Shown here: positions 29,063-39,575 of the stretch, one piece after another | Layout of the letters: every line of letters begins with the position of its first letter | Position numbering within the stretch: position 1 is the stretch's first letter | Translations under genes and position numbers: made by a program | The notes under the pieces: generated by a model | Databases searched by the model: none | Told to the model about the DNA's origin: nothing | What the model saw: only the letters and a program-made list of their open reading frames with translations | From: a virus | DNA: 64,000 nucleotides | Virus record (IMG/VR): IMGVR_UViG_3300027503_000002 | Direction: 5' to 3' (one strand)

Positions 29063-31366
29063 ATGAAAAAGCAAATGACTGTTAAGAAGAGAAGCGGCGA
29101 AATGGAAAAGTTTGACGCTGACAAAATCAATAGAGTTTTAGCTTGGGCCTGTCAGGGTATTCCAGACACTTCCTTTGAGGAGGTTGGTATGAACGCCAAC
29201 CTGTCTTTTTTTGACGGAATCTCGTCGAAGGATATTCACAATACAATGATCGAGACCGCAGCTAATTTGATTTCTGAGGAAAAGCCTCAGTATCAATATG
29301 TTGCGTCGCGCCTTTTAAATTACCATCTTCGCAAGGAAGTTTGGGGCGGCAAGAATGCTCCAAAGCTCATCGACTTTGTAAAAGACAATATTAAAAATAA
29401 AGTCTACGATCCAGAGATTTTAAATTGGTACGATGAGCGTGAGTGGCATAAGCTGGATGAGGCTCTGAAGCACGACCGCGATTTTAATTTCACATATGCT
29501 GGCATCAAGCAGCTTTGTGAAAAGTATCTTGTTCAGAACAGAACCACAAAGAAACTTTATGAGACTCCGCAGTTCGCTTATATGCTGATTGCGATGACTT
29601 TGTTCAAGGATTACAAAGGCGAGCGAATTAATTATATTAAAAAGGCTTATAATTACTTCAGTCTTCACAAGATCAATCTGCCGACTCCAATTATGGCAGG
29701 CGTCAGAACCACTCTGAAGTCTTATGCTTCTTGCGCCCTGTTTACTGTAGACGATACTCTTGAGTCCATCTTCGCAAACAATAGCGCTATCGGTTTTGCG
29801 ACTGGCAACCGTTATGGCATTGGCATCAATGCAAGTCGTATTCGTGCCGTAAACTCGCCCGTCAAGGGCGGAATGGTCAGCCACACTGGCCCCATTCCTT
29901 TCTTGAAGATGTTTGAGTCTACCGTAAAGTCCTGCCATCAGAACGGCATTCGCGGAGGCTCTGCAACAGTCAATGTTGCTTGGTTCCATCACGACATCGA
30001 AGAAATTCTCGTCCTCAAGAACAATGCTGGTACAGATGATAATCGCGTTCGTAAGCTCGACTACTGCATTGGTTTTGATCGTGTTTTCTATGATCGCCTA
30101 ATCAAGAATGAACCAGTTACGCTATTCTCTTATCACGAAGTTCCCGAGCTTTGGAACTATTTCGGAATGCCAGAGTTCAAGGATATTTATGAGGCGGCAG
30201 AAAAGACGAAGAGTATTAAGTTTAAAAAGACAGTAAATGCTCGCGAGCTTTTCTATCTGTTCTCCAAAGAGAGAGTTGAGACTGGCCGTATTTATCTGAT
30301 GAATGTTGACCACGCCAACACTCACGGCTCTTGGAAGGCACAGGTCGATACTAGCAACCTTTGCCTTGAGGTAAACCATCCTCTGAAGGCGATTAAGGAT
30401 CTTAACGATCCAAACGGTGAAATTGGCGTGTGTATCCTGTCTGCCGTTAACCTCCTTGAGGTCGATAAGAACGAGATGGACTCTGTGTGCGAGATCATTG
30501 TCCGAATGCTCGACTCTTTGATTGATCACCAAAACTACTTTGTTCCCGCTGCCGCAAACTTTGCCAAGAATCGCCGTAGTCTTGGTGTTGGCGTCACTAA
30601 CCTTGCTGGTTACCTCGCTGATCTTGGCGTAAAGTATACCGACAAGGAAGCTGCTAACGAAGCCGCCAAGATTATGGAGCTTGTCAGTTTTAATCTGATT
30701 AAGGCTTCAGTAAAGATGGCAGAGGAGTTTGGCGCCTGCAAACTGTTCTCCGAAACTAAGTTCGCTGATGGAATCCTGCCAATCGATACTTACTGCAAGA
30801 ATATTGATGAGTTCGTGACCGAGAAGCTGCATTGCGATTGGGAAGGTTTGCGTAAGGACATCAAGAAGCACGGGATGCGTCACAGCACTCTGACCGCGCT
30901 GATGCCTGTCGAAAGCAGTTCTGTAATCCAGTCGTCTACCAATGGTATCGAGCCCCCTCGTTCACTGATCTCATACAAGCGGTCAAAGGCTGGTGTTATT
31001 CCGGTTGTTGTTCCTCATATGAAGAAGAACAAGGACAAGTATACCCTTGCATTTGAAATGCCCAACAACTCTGGTTACCTCAAGGTTGTTGCGGCTCTTC
31101 AGAAGTTCGTCGATATGAGCATCTCGACTAATCTTTACTACAATACCACTCGCTACACTAATAAAATTCCAAGTCAAGGCGAACTCGTTGGCGATTTAAT
31201 GCTCGCCTACAAGTATGGAATTAAAAATCTTTATTATACAAACAGCTTTGATGGCGACACTCAGACTGCATTAAATACAGTTAAACAAGAACCAAAACAA
31301 GTAAGCCAACCAGAAGAAGCTCAAGACGATACTCAGGGCTGCGCTGGCGGAGCTTGCACTCTATAA
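29063..31366 (+). CDS. nrdA: ribonucleotide reductase class Ia alpha subunit
   Basis: ATP cone, YETPQF, PTPIMAG.RT, SC, SNLCLE, MPVESSS, TNGIEP, C-terminal CAGGAC; no intein. Confidence 0.96.
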   Translation: MKKQMTVKKRSGEMEKFDADKINRVLAWACQGIPDTSFEEVGMNANLSFFDGISSKDIHNTMIETAANLISEEKPQYQYVASRLLNYHLRKEVWGGKNAPKLIDFVKDNIKNKVYDPEILNWYDEREWHKLDEALKHDRDFNFTYAGIKQLCEKYLVQNRTTKKLYETPQFAYMLIAMTLFKDYKGERINYIKKAYNYFSLHKINLPTPIMAGVRTTLKSYASCALFTVDDTLESIFANNSAIGFATGNRYGIGINASRIRAVNSPVKGGMVSHTGPIPFLKMFESTVKSCHQNGIRGGSATVNVAWFHHDIEEILVLKNNAGTDDNRVRKLDYCIGFDRVFYDRLIKNEPVTLFSYHEVPELWNYFGMPEFKDIYEAAEKTKSIKFKKTVNARELFYLFSKERVETGRIYLMNVDHANTHGSWKAQVDTSNLCLEVNHPLKAIKDLNDPNGEIGVCILSAVNLLEVDKNEMDSVCEIIVRMLDSLIDHQNYFVPAAANFAKNRRSLGVGVTNLAGYLADLGVKYTDKEAANEAAKIMELVSFNLIKASVKMAEEFGACKLFSETKFADGILPIDTYCKNIDEFVTEKLHCDWEGLRKDIKKHGMRHSTLTALMPVESSSVIQSSTNGIEPPRSLISYKRSKAGVIPVVVPHMKKNKDKYTLAFEMPNNSGYLKVVAALQKFVDMSISTNLYYNTTRYTNKIPSQGELVGDLMLAYKYGIKNLYYTNSFDGDTQTALNTVKQEPKQVSQPEEAQDDTQGCAGGACTL

Positions 31367-31370
31367 AAAT

Positions 31371-32426
31371 ATGAAAACCGTACTTAACACAGTTAATCTC
31401 GATTCACTTAAACAGCCTCTATTTCTTGGCGAAGACTTGGCAATTCAGCGGTATGATCGACTGAAGTATCCCAAGTTTTACGAACTATACGACCAGCAGA
31501 TTAACTTCTTCTGGCGTCCACAGGAAGTAAATCTAACTAAGGATGCGGCAGATTACAAGACGCTCTCTCCCGAAGAGAAGTTTGTCTTCGATAGCAATCT
31601 GCGCTTTCAGACAATGACTGACTCTATGCTGAGTCGCAGCATCAACTCTCTCTCTAAGTACGTAAGTAACCCAGAGCTTGAGATTTGTATGAATGTCTGG
31701 TCATTCTTTGAGACTGTTCATAGCAACAGCTATACATACATCCTGCAAAACGTTCACCCAGATGCCACCAAGTTCTTTGATTCTATCTTAGAGGACAAGG
31801 AGATCGTTAAACGCGCACAGGCGATCTCTAATCGCTATGACGCCCTGCTGAATACCAAGAGCGACGATCCTCGTCAGCAGATCTTTGAGGCTCTGCTGGC
31901 TACCCAAATCACAGAAGGTGTCACCTTCTATGTTTCATTTGCCTGCTCATTCTACTTTGGTTATCGCGGTAAGATGGAAGGTAACGCCAAGATCATCAAT
32001 CTTATCTCCCGAGACGAGAATCTGCACGTAGCCATTAGCCACAATATCTTGAAGATTCTGCGCGATCAACCCAAGGAAGGCTTTCAAGATATTGTCAAGA
32101 AGAATGAAGATCGTATCTACGAGGCTTACAAGATGGCAGTTGAGTCAGAAAAGGATTGGGCCGACTATCTATTCTCCAAGGGCAACCTTGTGGGCCTTAC
32201 CTCTGATTCGCTCAAGCACTATGTTGAGTGGCTGGCGGACAATAGACTGACATCGATGGGTTATAAAAGAATTTATAATACCAAGTCTAATCCACTTGCT
32301 GGCTGGCTTGACAGCTTCTATGACAGTAAGAAGATTCAGGTTGCCCCACAGGAGACCGAGATCTCTTCTTACGTCAAGGGAGTAGACAGCAAGATCGATG
32401 AGTCAGTGTTTGATATCAAGTTCTAA
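31371..32426 (+). CDS. nrdB: ribonucleotide reductase class Ia beta subunit
   Basis: FFWRPQEV, ETVHSNSY, EGVTFYVSFA, ISRDENLH, QVAPQE.EISSY. Confidence 0.96.
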   Translation: MKTVLNTVNLDSLKQPLFLGEDLAIQRYDRLKYPKFYELYDQQINFFWRPQEVNLTKDAADYKTLSPEEKFVFDSNLRFQTMTDSMLSRSINSLSKYVSNPELEICMNVWSFFETVHSNSYTYILQNVHPDATKFFDSILEDKEIVKRAQAISNRYDALLNTKSDDPRQQIFEALLATQITEGVTFYVSFACSFYFGYRGKMEGNAKIINLISRDENLHVAISHNILKILRDQPKEGFQDIVKKNEDRIYEAYKMAVESEKDWADYLFSKGNLVGLTSDSLKHYVEWLADNRLTSMGYKRIYNTKSNPLAGWLDSFYDSKKIQVAPQETEISSYVKGVDSKIDESVFDIKF

Positions 32427-35400
32427 TTACTCAACATAGAGGCTACTACCTCTTGGGTCGTACCATTCACTATCCGCCCTGATGATGTCACCTCTCTCAC
32501 CGGGGCGGATAACTGAAATTTCTTGTCCGTCTGAGTTTGTAACATAAATATCCTTATCTCCTCTATTAAGAATGGAGACAGAAGCTCCTTCCGTGATATC
32601 GGCAGGAAGGACAAATGTAGAGTCTGTTGCAGGATCTACAACAAGAACTTGGTTTAGTTGATTTTCTACGATAGGAACTGGGACTTCAACTCTTTTTACT
32701 AAACCGCCAGTGCCAGTAACAAGTACGCCATTATAATCAAATTCTACGCCTACTGCTGGATTTGTAGTTACGCCAATCGCAGTCCAGTTTATATTTCCAA
32801 CTGTAAGAATTTGATATCTAAATCCTCTAATTAATGAGGAAGATGTTGGCGCAAATTCAACTGTTTCGTTTCTTCCTCCATTTACAGAAACTGTTTGTAT
32901 TGGCCCAGAAACCCTCTCTATAGGCAAGGATTCAAGATATCCACTGACTACATCAGAGATTTCTCCCGCCCCGAAGTCATCCCAAGGTACAAATTTAAAA
33001 TAGTACCAAACTCCTGTTTGTAATCCATTTGAAAGCCTTATTTCATTGAGATAAGATCTTGTTCTATAAAGACTTGGATGCTTGTACAGATTGCTATTAC
33101 CAAGAATATCTGGCTGAAAATCAGAAGTGTCGCCAGTATAAACATCAACTGACCAAACGTCTTTATTTGAAATTGACGAGTAGCAATTAAAAATAATTTC
33201 ACCCTTTGAAATTTCTTCAGTCAGAACCGTAAAGCTTATGCCTGAAAATCCTGTTTGATTTGTCCCAGTTATTTCTGACAGATTTGAAAGACCTAGTGGA
33301 TTACCAAGTGTTCTTGGAATTTCGCGCCCTTCTCCAGATCCATATTCGACATAGTGTCCAGATCCCCAAACTTCTCTTGGGATCGATCTGTCTACATTTG
33401 CATTATAATATTTATCTAGGTCATCGTAGGCATAGACATAAGCCTTGAAGTCTTTTTCTCCAGAACCTTGATAATTAATATTAATACCGTTATATGTCGG
33501 AACGGAGGTTGTACCTGTACCATTTAAGCCAGTTGCACTTTTGAATGCCCCAGAAATATCTTGGAATAAAATCTCACGCTCTTCATCCTCGCTTCTTAGA
33601 AGCGCATTTGTTGCATAGTTTCTAAGACCAGATCCAAGAATACCTTGGGCGCCGCTTCCCCAGAAAGCTAACCCAGTGAAATTTTTGTTGCCAAAGAATC
33701 CAGACAGGATATAATACGGAGAATTCTGATAGGAATCAATAACATCTATTCTTGAATAGTGCGGCTTTACATTGTAAGCATAAAAGTTTCCTGTTTTTGA
33801 AAGATTGGTATTGTCAGTTACAACGACTCTCAGTCCCAGATTCCTATCTCCATAGATATTTTGATAATCAGTTGTTTCTCTGCTTGTCAGTCTCTTATTC
33901 TCTTCTTGTGTAATTGTGTAAGAAAATCTATCATATGCTTTGATTGGAGCAGTTAAAGCCTGACCGGCCTCATCAAGGACTTGAACTGAGATATTTGGCG
34001 GCAAATCGACAAACGGATTTGCTAGCATTTTTTCGACTGAATCTATAATCCCGCCTGTTGGATCTATGTATTTCCATCTAAAAGTTAAGTCTTTAGATGT
34101 GAAATTGCCTTTCCCCAAGCCAGCCATAACGCCGCCACCAACGTGATAAATAGAATAATCCAAGCTGCTTGTATCTGCCGTATCAATTGTAAAACCGCTT
34201 GGAATAGTCGAGGTTATTGTATAACCGCCAGCACCAGTAATGGTCGCTTGAGGCAGAACCATTACTCCGGTCGAAGCCGCGCCGTTTGACAAAAATTTAT
34301 AAATGGATGAACTTATTGAATATACGTCAACGTCAAATTGGCCCCAAGTTTCACGGATCGGGATTGTCAATGAGGTTGTGCCAGATGGGGCAAAATAAGG
34401 TTCAACTATGGCATCATTTTCTATGGAAGTAGTTGAATAGTCTGGTCTGCTAACATATATTTTATAACCACTTATTGGGCTGGCGCTAGCCTGCCAAGAT
34501 ATATTTAAACCTGTTGGCACTGAGCCACTTAGAGTAACGCCGGTTGAAGTTATTCTTGCTGGCGCTTCTGGCTTAATGACGATATCGTATGGAGACTGCA
34601 CATAAACAGAAGGAGATGTGTCAAGAATATCCCTTTCGACAAAATCCTGTTTTTCTTTTAAATACTCAATTCCAACTACTGAATATAGATTAGCCTCTTC
34701 TTCTTTTACTCCGATAGTTTTGTATAGCTTGGGCTCAACACCAGAGCCGCTTAAAACATACAGACTTCCTTCCTGAACGCTAGTAAGATTTTTAGGCAAG
34801 GTGTCCACATCAAGATCATAAAATCCTCTTGGATATCCAGTTCCGATCACTAAGCCGCTGTACCCAAGTCCGTTGCTTTCTGCAAGGTTTGCGATGTCAG
34901 ACTGACCTAATGTTCCACCTCCGACATAAACATCGATATCAAGGGCAGCAAACGCAGAAGAAATGTGAGATGAAGTTAGGGTGGTATTTAAATAAACTTT
35001 AGAAGATCCATAAAAATCTTTAGGAAAGCCAATGGTGGAATATCCTAAATTATTGCCAATTGCCCATTTCGATCTTGCTGTGCTGCCAGCGTCATAATCG
35101 CTAGTAAACAATTGGGAAGATCTTTCGTGAGATCTTGTGCAGACATATGGAACGGATACGCCTGCGTTTGTCACCTTTACTTTATTGCCGACCGAGTATG
35201 CTCTGCCCGCCTCCCATTCGGGAAACACAGACTCTTGCCTATTTCCTACGTCAGCCTGAACAATAGTATAAAACGGACGGAGTCTTGAAAATGCCAACAA
35301 ATCTCTGTAAGTAAATTTTATCTTACCAGTTTCAGAATTACCCTTCGAAGCTCTCTCAAGAATTCTGTATCCATTTTTAACAAATACTCCAGCGTAACCA

Positions 35401-38090
35401 AAGGTAGATGAGCTAGATGCAATATCGTCGCCTATTCTAAATACTTCTGTCGCAGCTGCGCCGGTAGCCCAAGTAACGCTTGGACTAAAAGTATTGCTTA
35501 ATTGATTACCTCTGGTATAAACCAGAACAACTTCATCGGCATCTGCGGCGGTATAGACAGAATTTGTCCAAAAATCATTTAAGTCACTAATAGCCCCAGA
35601 TGCTTCAACTGCACCCGCTGCGGAAATTCTGAACATTCTGATTTCATTGGAGCTTGAGGTGCCAGTTACGACTCCGTTGATTGACAAAGTACTGCTAGTC
35701 GAAGCATTAAAATTAATTTCACCAGTCCAGTTTGGAACAGCAGCTAGCCCAGAAACTAACTGACCAGTGCCACCAGATCCAGAAATTGTAATGTCTATAT
35801 TGTTTTGAGAGAATACCCCTGTCACATCTGCATAAGTCACAGTATCCCATTTTGGATTGCCGTTTAATACAGTATGATCTGGCAATGCGTAAACAACACC
35901 AGTGAGAACGGTCTCTCCAGTAATTACCCCACCGCCAGAAATTCTACCCTCTATTGGATAAACTTCAGTTTTTGCCGACTTTAAGAGAAAATCTCCCGTG
36001 ACAGTGATTGTCGCGCCATAAGAATCATCTTGAACAGTATGGATGTTAAACTTTCTTATTTGCTTCTGCCTTCTAGCGCGGATTTGCTCAAGCGTTCCAG
36101 TAAATCCGCCATCACTGCCAGTCATATAGTTTAAATCAGAAACCGCATAGTTGCCTGATGGAACGTGAATATAAATACCTGATGCCAGCCCAGTTTGAAA
36201 TTCGCCATCAATTTTAATTGTATTCGCTGAAGCATCGACATCTAGGATTCTGCCGAATGTTCTGCCAACATTTCTAACTTCATCGCTGACTGCAAAGATG
36301 TCACCAGGCTGTAAGTAAACAGCCTCCAACCCACCGATAAAAGAAACAGTATCGGCCTCAAACATTGAACTGCAAAGAATATAGCGGCCAATTCTTCTTG
36401 CTTCAGATCTTGAAGTGCAGCCTGCCGCATTTACTTTAAACGGGTTAATTCCATACTTTCTAATTCCTTCGATATCTTCAACCAACTCCATTTTAGTTTT
36501 GAAGTTATCATATTTATCATTATATACAATCTCTACACTGGTGTATCTTTTATTTCTGACAGTTTCTGTATAATTAAACAGGCCATCTTTTACATTGGCA
36601 TTGCCAAAATAAAGCACTGGCTCTTTGGGACGGTCAGCAAAGAAAGAGAATCCTTCAGTATTCCAATAGACGATTCCCTTGAAAATTGCCGCAATATCCT
36701 GAATAACTTTGTAAGCTTCGTCCTTATTAAAAAAGATTATATTACAAGTGTATCTTGGTTCTAGACCACCCTTGCCATCTGGGACACCTCTGAATTTACC
36801 ATCATCATCAACAGCGTCGCAGTATCTTGCAATGTCGTACAGCGTCCACTTGTCTACCGAGCTTGAATCGATGAAGTTGCCTAAGCCGTAATTAGGATCA
36901 GTAATAATATCATACAGCACCCAAGCAGGATTATCAGTCCACGCGATTTTAAAAGTGCCATCCCAGTCTCCATAATAGACCTTATTGCTGTCGTAAAAGT
37001 TGTTATCACAGAACTGTTGCAGCTTACTATCAGAGTCGTGCTGCATATTAAAAGCGCCACCACCACTATCATTACCAAGCTCTCTAAGTGTTCTTGTTCC
37101 AGAAAATTGTGCATCTACATAAAAATAATATAGCTGTATGCAATTTTCTCTAGCGTGATTAAGCAAGATTTGGTAAGTGGAAGGCGACATTATTTCAGGA
37201 GTAGAACCTGAGAAATAAATCACTTTTCTAACTGTATTGGACCAAACAGACTCTAATACAGAGTCTTCTGAGCTTTTACCAACTTGATCAGTGATACTGA
37301 ACTGGCTTTTTCTTAAAAAGAAATTGGCAATCGTTGTTTCTGCTGGGTCTGTGATTGGGCTATTTTGTAAATTGTCTGCCAGCGCATCGAACAGTCGCTT
37401 GTAAAGATTAGTTTGATTATTGCCAGCCGAATCTGGAACCTCTAATTCAAAAAACAAATCAGTCTGATAATATGTAAAGCCGTTGATAACATCGCCGGTT
37501 GACTCATTAATTACAGTGTTAACGCCATTTTTCGTTTGCCAGATAGAAGCCCTTACGTTAGTGTAGCCAGAAATTAATTTGCTTAAAAACTGCGCTAAAT
37601 TTCTTCTGAGTAAGCTTCTTGTCCCAGCGCCCATATTCTGGTCAACCATAAAGATGACATCAAGAGTAGTTGGGTTCGCAGGGTAATTTGGATTTGAATA
37701 GACATATCTGCGGTCTAATCCATTACCACCAAGAGGAAAGTAGTTAGAAGGCACTTTAACCTTCTTCATTTTCACATCGTACTCTCTATTTGGAATGCTA
37801 GAGAATGTTCTTGAATCAAACTTTAGACCAACGTGCGCTGTAAGTGGGTAAGAAAAATTGCGATCAATTACTTCGTAAATTCCATCGACACTGATATCCT
37901 TTTTGACCAGAGGACTTACTGTTTCAGAACTTATTTTTTCAATTGTTACATACCTGTCTTTCCCGTCAATGGATGGCGGCAAAATTATCTCAGCCTTGTT
38001 ATTTGCCATTTCTGACAGATAAACAAGATTATTTTCAAGCGTGCCATTTAGCGATTGGCCATCATCTCCATTAGTGCCTTGATCGTCCAT
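32427..38090 (-). CDS. tail tip/central fibre protein J, C-terminal portion, with VWA-like and other insertions
   Basis: SYP.TA.VG, VKVPSNY, WDGTFK.AWTDNPAW..YD, YCD..V.DG.GG.EPRYTCN, GCTSRSEARR.GR, LQPGDI, FN3. Confidence 0.9.
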   Translation of the reverse strand: MDDQGTNGDDGQSLNGTLENNLVYLSEMANNKAEIILPPSIDGKDRYVTIEKISSETVSPLVKKDISVDGIYEVIDRNFSYPLTAHVGLKFDSRTFSSIPNREYDVKMKKVKVPSNYFPLGGNGLDRRYVYSNPNYPANPTTLDVIFMVDQNMGAGTRSLLRRNLAQFLSKLISGYTNVRASIWQTKNGVNTVINESTGDVINGFTYYQTDLFFELEVPDSAGNNQTNLYKRLFDALADNLQNSPITDPAETTIANFFLRKSQFSITDQVGKSSEDSVLESVWSNTVRKVIYFSGSTPEIMSPSTYQILLNHARENCIQLYYFYVDAQFSGTRTLRELGNDSGGGAFNMQHDSDSKLQQFCDNNFYDSNKVYYGDWDGTFKIAWTDNPAWVLYDIITDPNYGLGNFIDSSSVDKWTLYDIARYCDAVDDDGKFRGVPDGKGGLEPRYTCNIIFFNKDEAYKVIQDIAAIFKGIVYWNTEGFSFFADRPKEPVLYFGNANVKDGLFNYTETVRNKRYTSVEIVYNDKYDNFKTKMELVEDIEGIRKYGINPFKVNAAGCTSRSEARRIGRYILCSSMFEADTVSFIGGLEAVYLQPGDIFAVSDEVRNVGRTFGRILDVDASANTIKIDGEFQTGLASGIYIHVPSGNYAVSDLNYMTGSDGGFTGTLEQIRARRQKQIRKFNIHTVQDDSYGATITVTGDFLLKSAKTEVYPIEGRISGGGVITGETVLTGVVYALPDHTVLNGNPKWDTVTYADVTGVFSQNNIDITISGSGGTGQLVSGLAAVPNWTGEINFNASTSSTLSINGVVTGTSSSNEIRMFRISAAGAVEASGAISDLNDFWTNSVYTAADADEVVLVYTRGNQLSNTFSPSVTWATGAAATEVFRIGDDIASSSSTFGYAGVFVKNGYRILERASKGNSETGKIKFTYRDLLAFSRLRPFYTIVQADVGNRQESVFPEWEAGRAYSVGNKVKVTNAGVSVPYVCTRSHERSSQLFTSDYDAGSTARSKWAIGNNLGYSTIGFPKDFYGSSKVYLNTTLTSSHISSAFAALDIDVYVGGGTLGQSDIANLAESNGLGYSGLVIGTGYPRGFYDLDVDTLPKNLTSVQEGSLYVLSGSGVEPKLYKTIGVKEEEANLYSVVGIEYLKEKQDFVERDILDTSPSVYVQSPYDIVIKPEAPARITSTGVTLSGSVPTGLNISWQASASPISGYKIYVSRPDYSTTSIENDAIVEPYFAPSGTTSLTIPIRETWGQFDVDVYSISSSIYKFLSNGAASTGVMVLPQATITGAGGYTITSTIPSGFTIDTADTSSLDYSIYHVGGGVMAGLGKGNFTSKDLTFRWKYIDPTGGIIDSVEKMLANPFVDLPPNISVQVLDEAGQALTAPIKAYDRFSYTITQEENKRLTSRETTDYQNIYGDRNLGLRVVVTDNTNLSKTGNFYAYNVKPHYSRIDVIDSYQNSPYYILSGFFGNKNFTGLAFWGSGAQGILGSGLRNYATNALLRSEDEEREILFQDISGAFKSATGLNGTGTTSVPTYNGININYQGSGEKDFKAYVYAYDDLDKYYNANVDRSIPREVWGSGHYVEYGSGEGREIPRTLGNPLGLSNLSEITGTNQTGFSGISFTVLTEEISKGEIIFNCYSSISNKDVWSVDVYTGDTSDFQPDILGNSNLYKHPSLYRTRSYLNEIRLSNGLQTGVWYYFKFVPWDDFGAGEISDVVSGYLESLPIERVSGPIQTVSVNGGRNETVEFAPTSSSLIRGFRYQILTVGNINWTAIGVTTNPAVGVEFDYNGVLVTGTGGLVKRVEVPVPIVENQLNQVLVVDPATDSTFVLPADITEGASVSILNRGDKDIYVTNSDGQEISVIRPGERGDIIRADSEWYDPRGSSLYVE

Positions 38091-38106
38091 TTTATTATAT
38101 TAAAAT

Positions 38107-38658
38107 TTAAGCTGTAATTGTAAAGCTTCTTCTATTATCGGTAGTTCCAGAAGCTGTTAGTCTAACAGGAGGATTATTTGGAGAATGAGCGTCTATGTGA
38201 ACGTAATGGATTCCCAATCCAAGTTTTTGAGTTATTTCTGCTGGTATAACAAAGCTAAATACTCCGCTACTATTTATTTCTGTAGCTTTACATTCTACTT
38301 GATAAGCTGGCAAGCTATCGGGCGGGCCACTGCGACCGATATCAATTTGAGCAGTAACTTTGATAGCTGGCTTCAACTCTAAAAGAGTCGCGCCATTCAT
38401 TAATTTATATGTTGCAGTTCCTGATAATGTTATTGTCGATCCCCTAGAGAAGCTAGAGCCTGATAGAGTATCAAAAACAGCAGAAGCTGAATTTTCTCCC
38501 ACAGCCAAAGATGCGTAAACTATTCTATCAAAAGCGGTTGGAACATATTCGTCATCTTGTCTTCTTTTTAATTGGTATATGATAGGAAGAATATTTGAGT
38601 AATTTCTTGGGTTTAGTTTTGAAGCTAAATCTTCTTCTCTTGTTTTTGGTAGTGGCAT
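38107..38658 (-). CDS. Ig-like protein lying between the two J halves
   Basis: RGSTITLSGT...SSGVFSFVIP...LGIHYVHI beta-sandwich pattern; TAATG-coupled to the upstream gene. Confidence 0.6.
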   Translation of the reverse strand: MPLPKTREEDLASKLNPRNYSNILPIIYQLKRRQDDEYVPTAFDRIVYASLAVGENSASAVFDTLSGSSFSRGSTITLSGTATYKLMNGATLLELKPAIKVTAQIDIGRSGPPDSLPAYQVECKATEINSSGVFSFVIPAEITQKLGLGIHYVHIDAHSPNNPPVRLTASGTTDNRRSFTITA

Positions 38659-39575
38659 TATAGAGGCTCCTGATAGACCATTCTCCTGAGAGCTTCCTCA
38701 CTGGAGACAGCGTTGAGAATTCTAGAATCTTTAGATGTGTTAATGCTAGGTATGCCAGCAGTATTAAATACTGAGCCTCCAAAAGTGCTTGGGTTGGCGT
38801 AAGGACCAGCAGCGCCATCAAGAGTGGACGCTTCTTCTCCCACCATATAAGCGCACGGGCTAAGAACTAAGCCATCAATAACGACTCTTTTGGGCGTAAA
38901 TACCTTTGATCCTTCTAGCCCATATCTTACCATAAGCTCTACTGAGCTTCTCTTATTCATTCCCATCTTACCAGCTTCTCCTGGTGCTTTGCCCTCAGAG
39001 ACCGTGTCTGACAACTGTTCAATTATAAAAGCAATTTGTATTTTTTTGACATCCTTGTTTCTGATATGATGAACATAAATAAATGGATCTTGCGGTAAGT
39101 CAGGCCAGCCATTCTGACCCTTTGCCCAGCTGGTAAAATTTTCTTTTGGTAACTCTGGTCCGGTATAGTTTCTGCCGACAGGTCTAACATCTTCTTCATT
39201 TGGGTTTATTTTACCAAGTAATTTAAAATTAGCGGGCTTATAAATATAGACCTTATTAAAATTAGCTAAAGGCTTTTGATTTTCTGTGCCAAGATTGATT
39301 TCCATCAAAATGTTTCTGAAATTATATTCTCCAGCGGAGTTCATAGCGGGAAGCTTATTTAAATAAATACCTTTCAGCATATCTAAGCCATAAACTTTTC
39401 TACCAAATTGATCCACAAGTCCATAAATCGGACCTTCGCAAAGAGCGTCTACGCTATGAGAAATAGACATAGACTTCATTAAGTTTTGGTTACGATCAGG
39501 TGGAACCAGTCTTGGCACTGGTGCCTTGTCTCCTTTGGCGCCCTTAATGAACCTATATTTATTTAATATTTTCAT
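38658..39575 (-). CDS. tail tip protein J, N-terminal portion
   Basis: I.GAKG, VDALCEGPIYGLVD, IYLN..P, NF......LGTENQ, which match the gpJ N-terminus. Confidence 0.8.
   Translation of the reverse strand: MKILNKYRFIKGAKGDKAPVPRLVPPDRNQNLMKSMSISHSVDALCEGPIYGLVDQFGRKVYGLDMLKGIYLNKLPAMNSAGEYNFRNILMEINLGTENQKPLANFNKVYIYKPANFKLLGKINPNEEDVRPVGRNYTGPELPKENFTSWAKGQNGWPDLPQDPFIYVHHIRNKDVKKIQIAFIIEQLSDTVSEGKAPGEAGKMGMNKRSSVELMVRYGLEGSKVFTPKRVVIDGLVLSPCAYMVGEEASTLDGAAGPYANPSTFGGSVFNTAGIPSINTSKDSRILNAVSSEEALRRMVYQEPL

Noticed and set aside
38090-38700. Self-splicing intron or intein explaining the split J (or the split DnaE)
   Set aside because: No non-coding room for a ribozyme core, no C...HN intein termini, and the intervening ORFs are not homing endonucleases.
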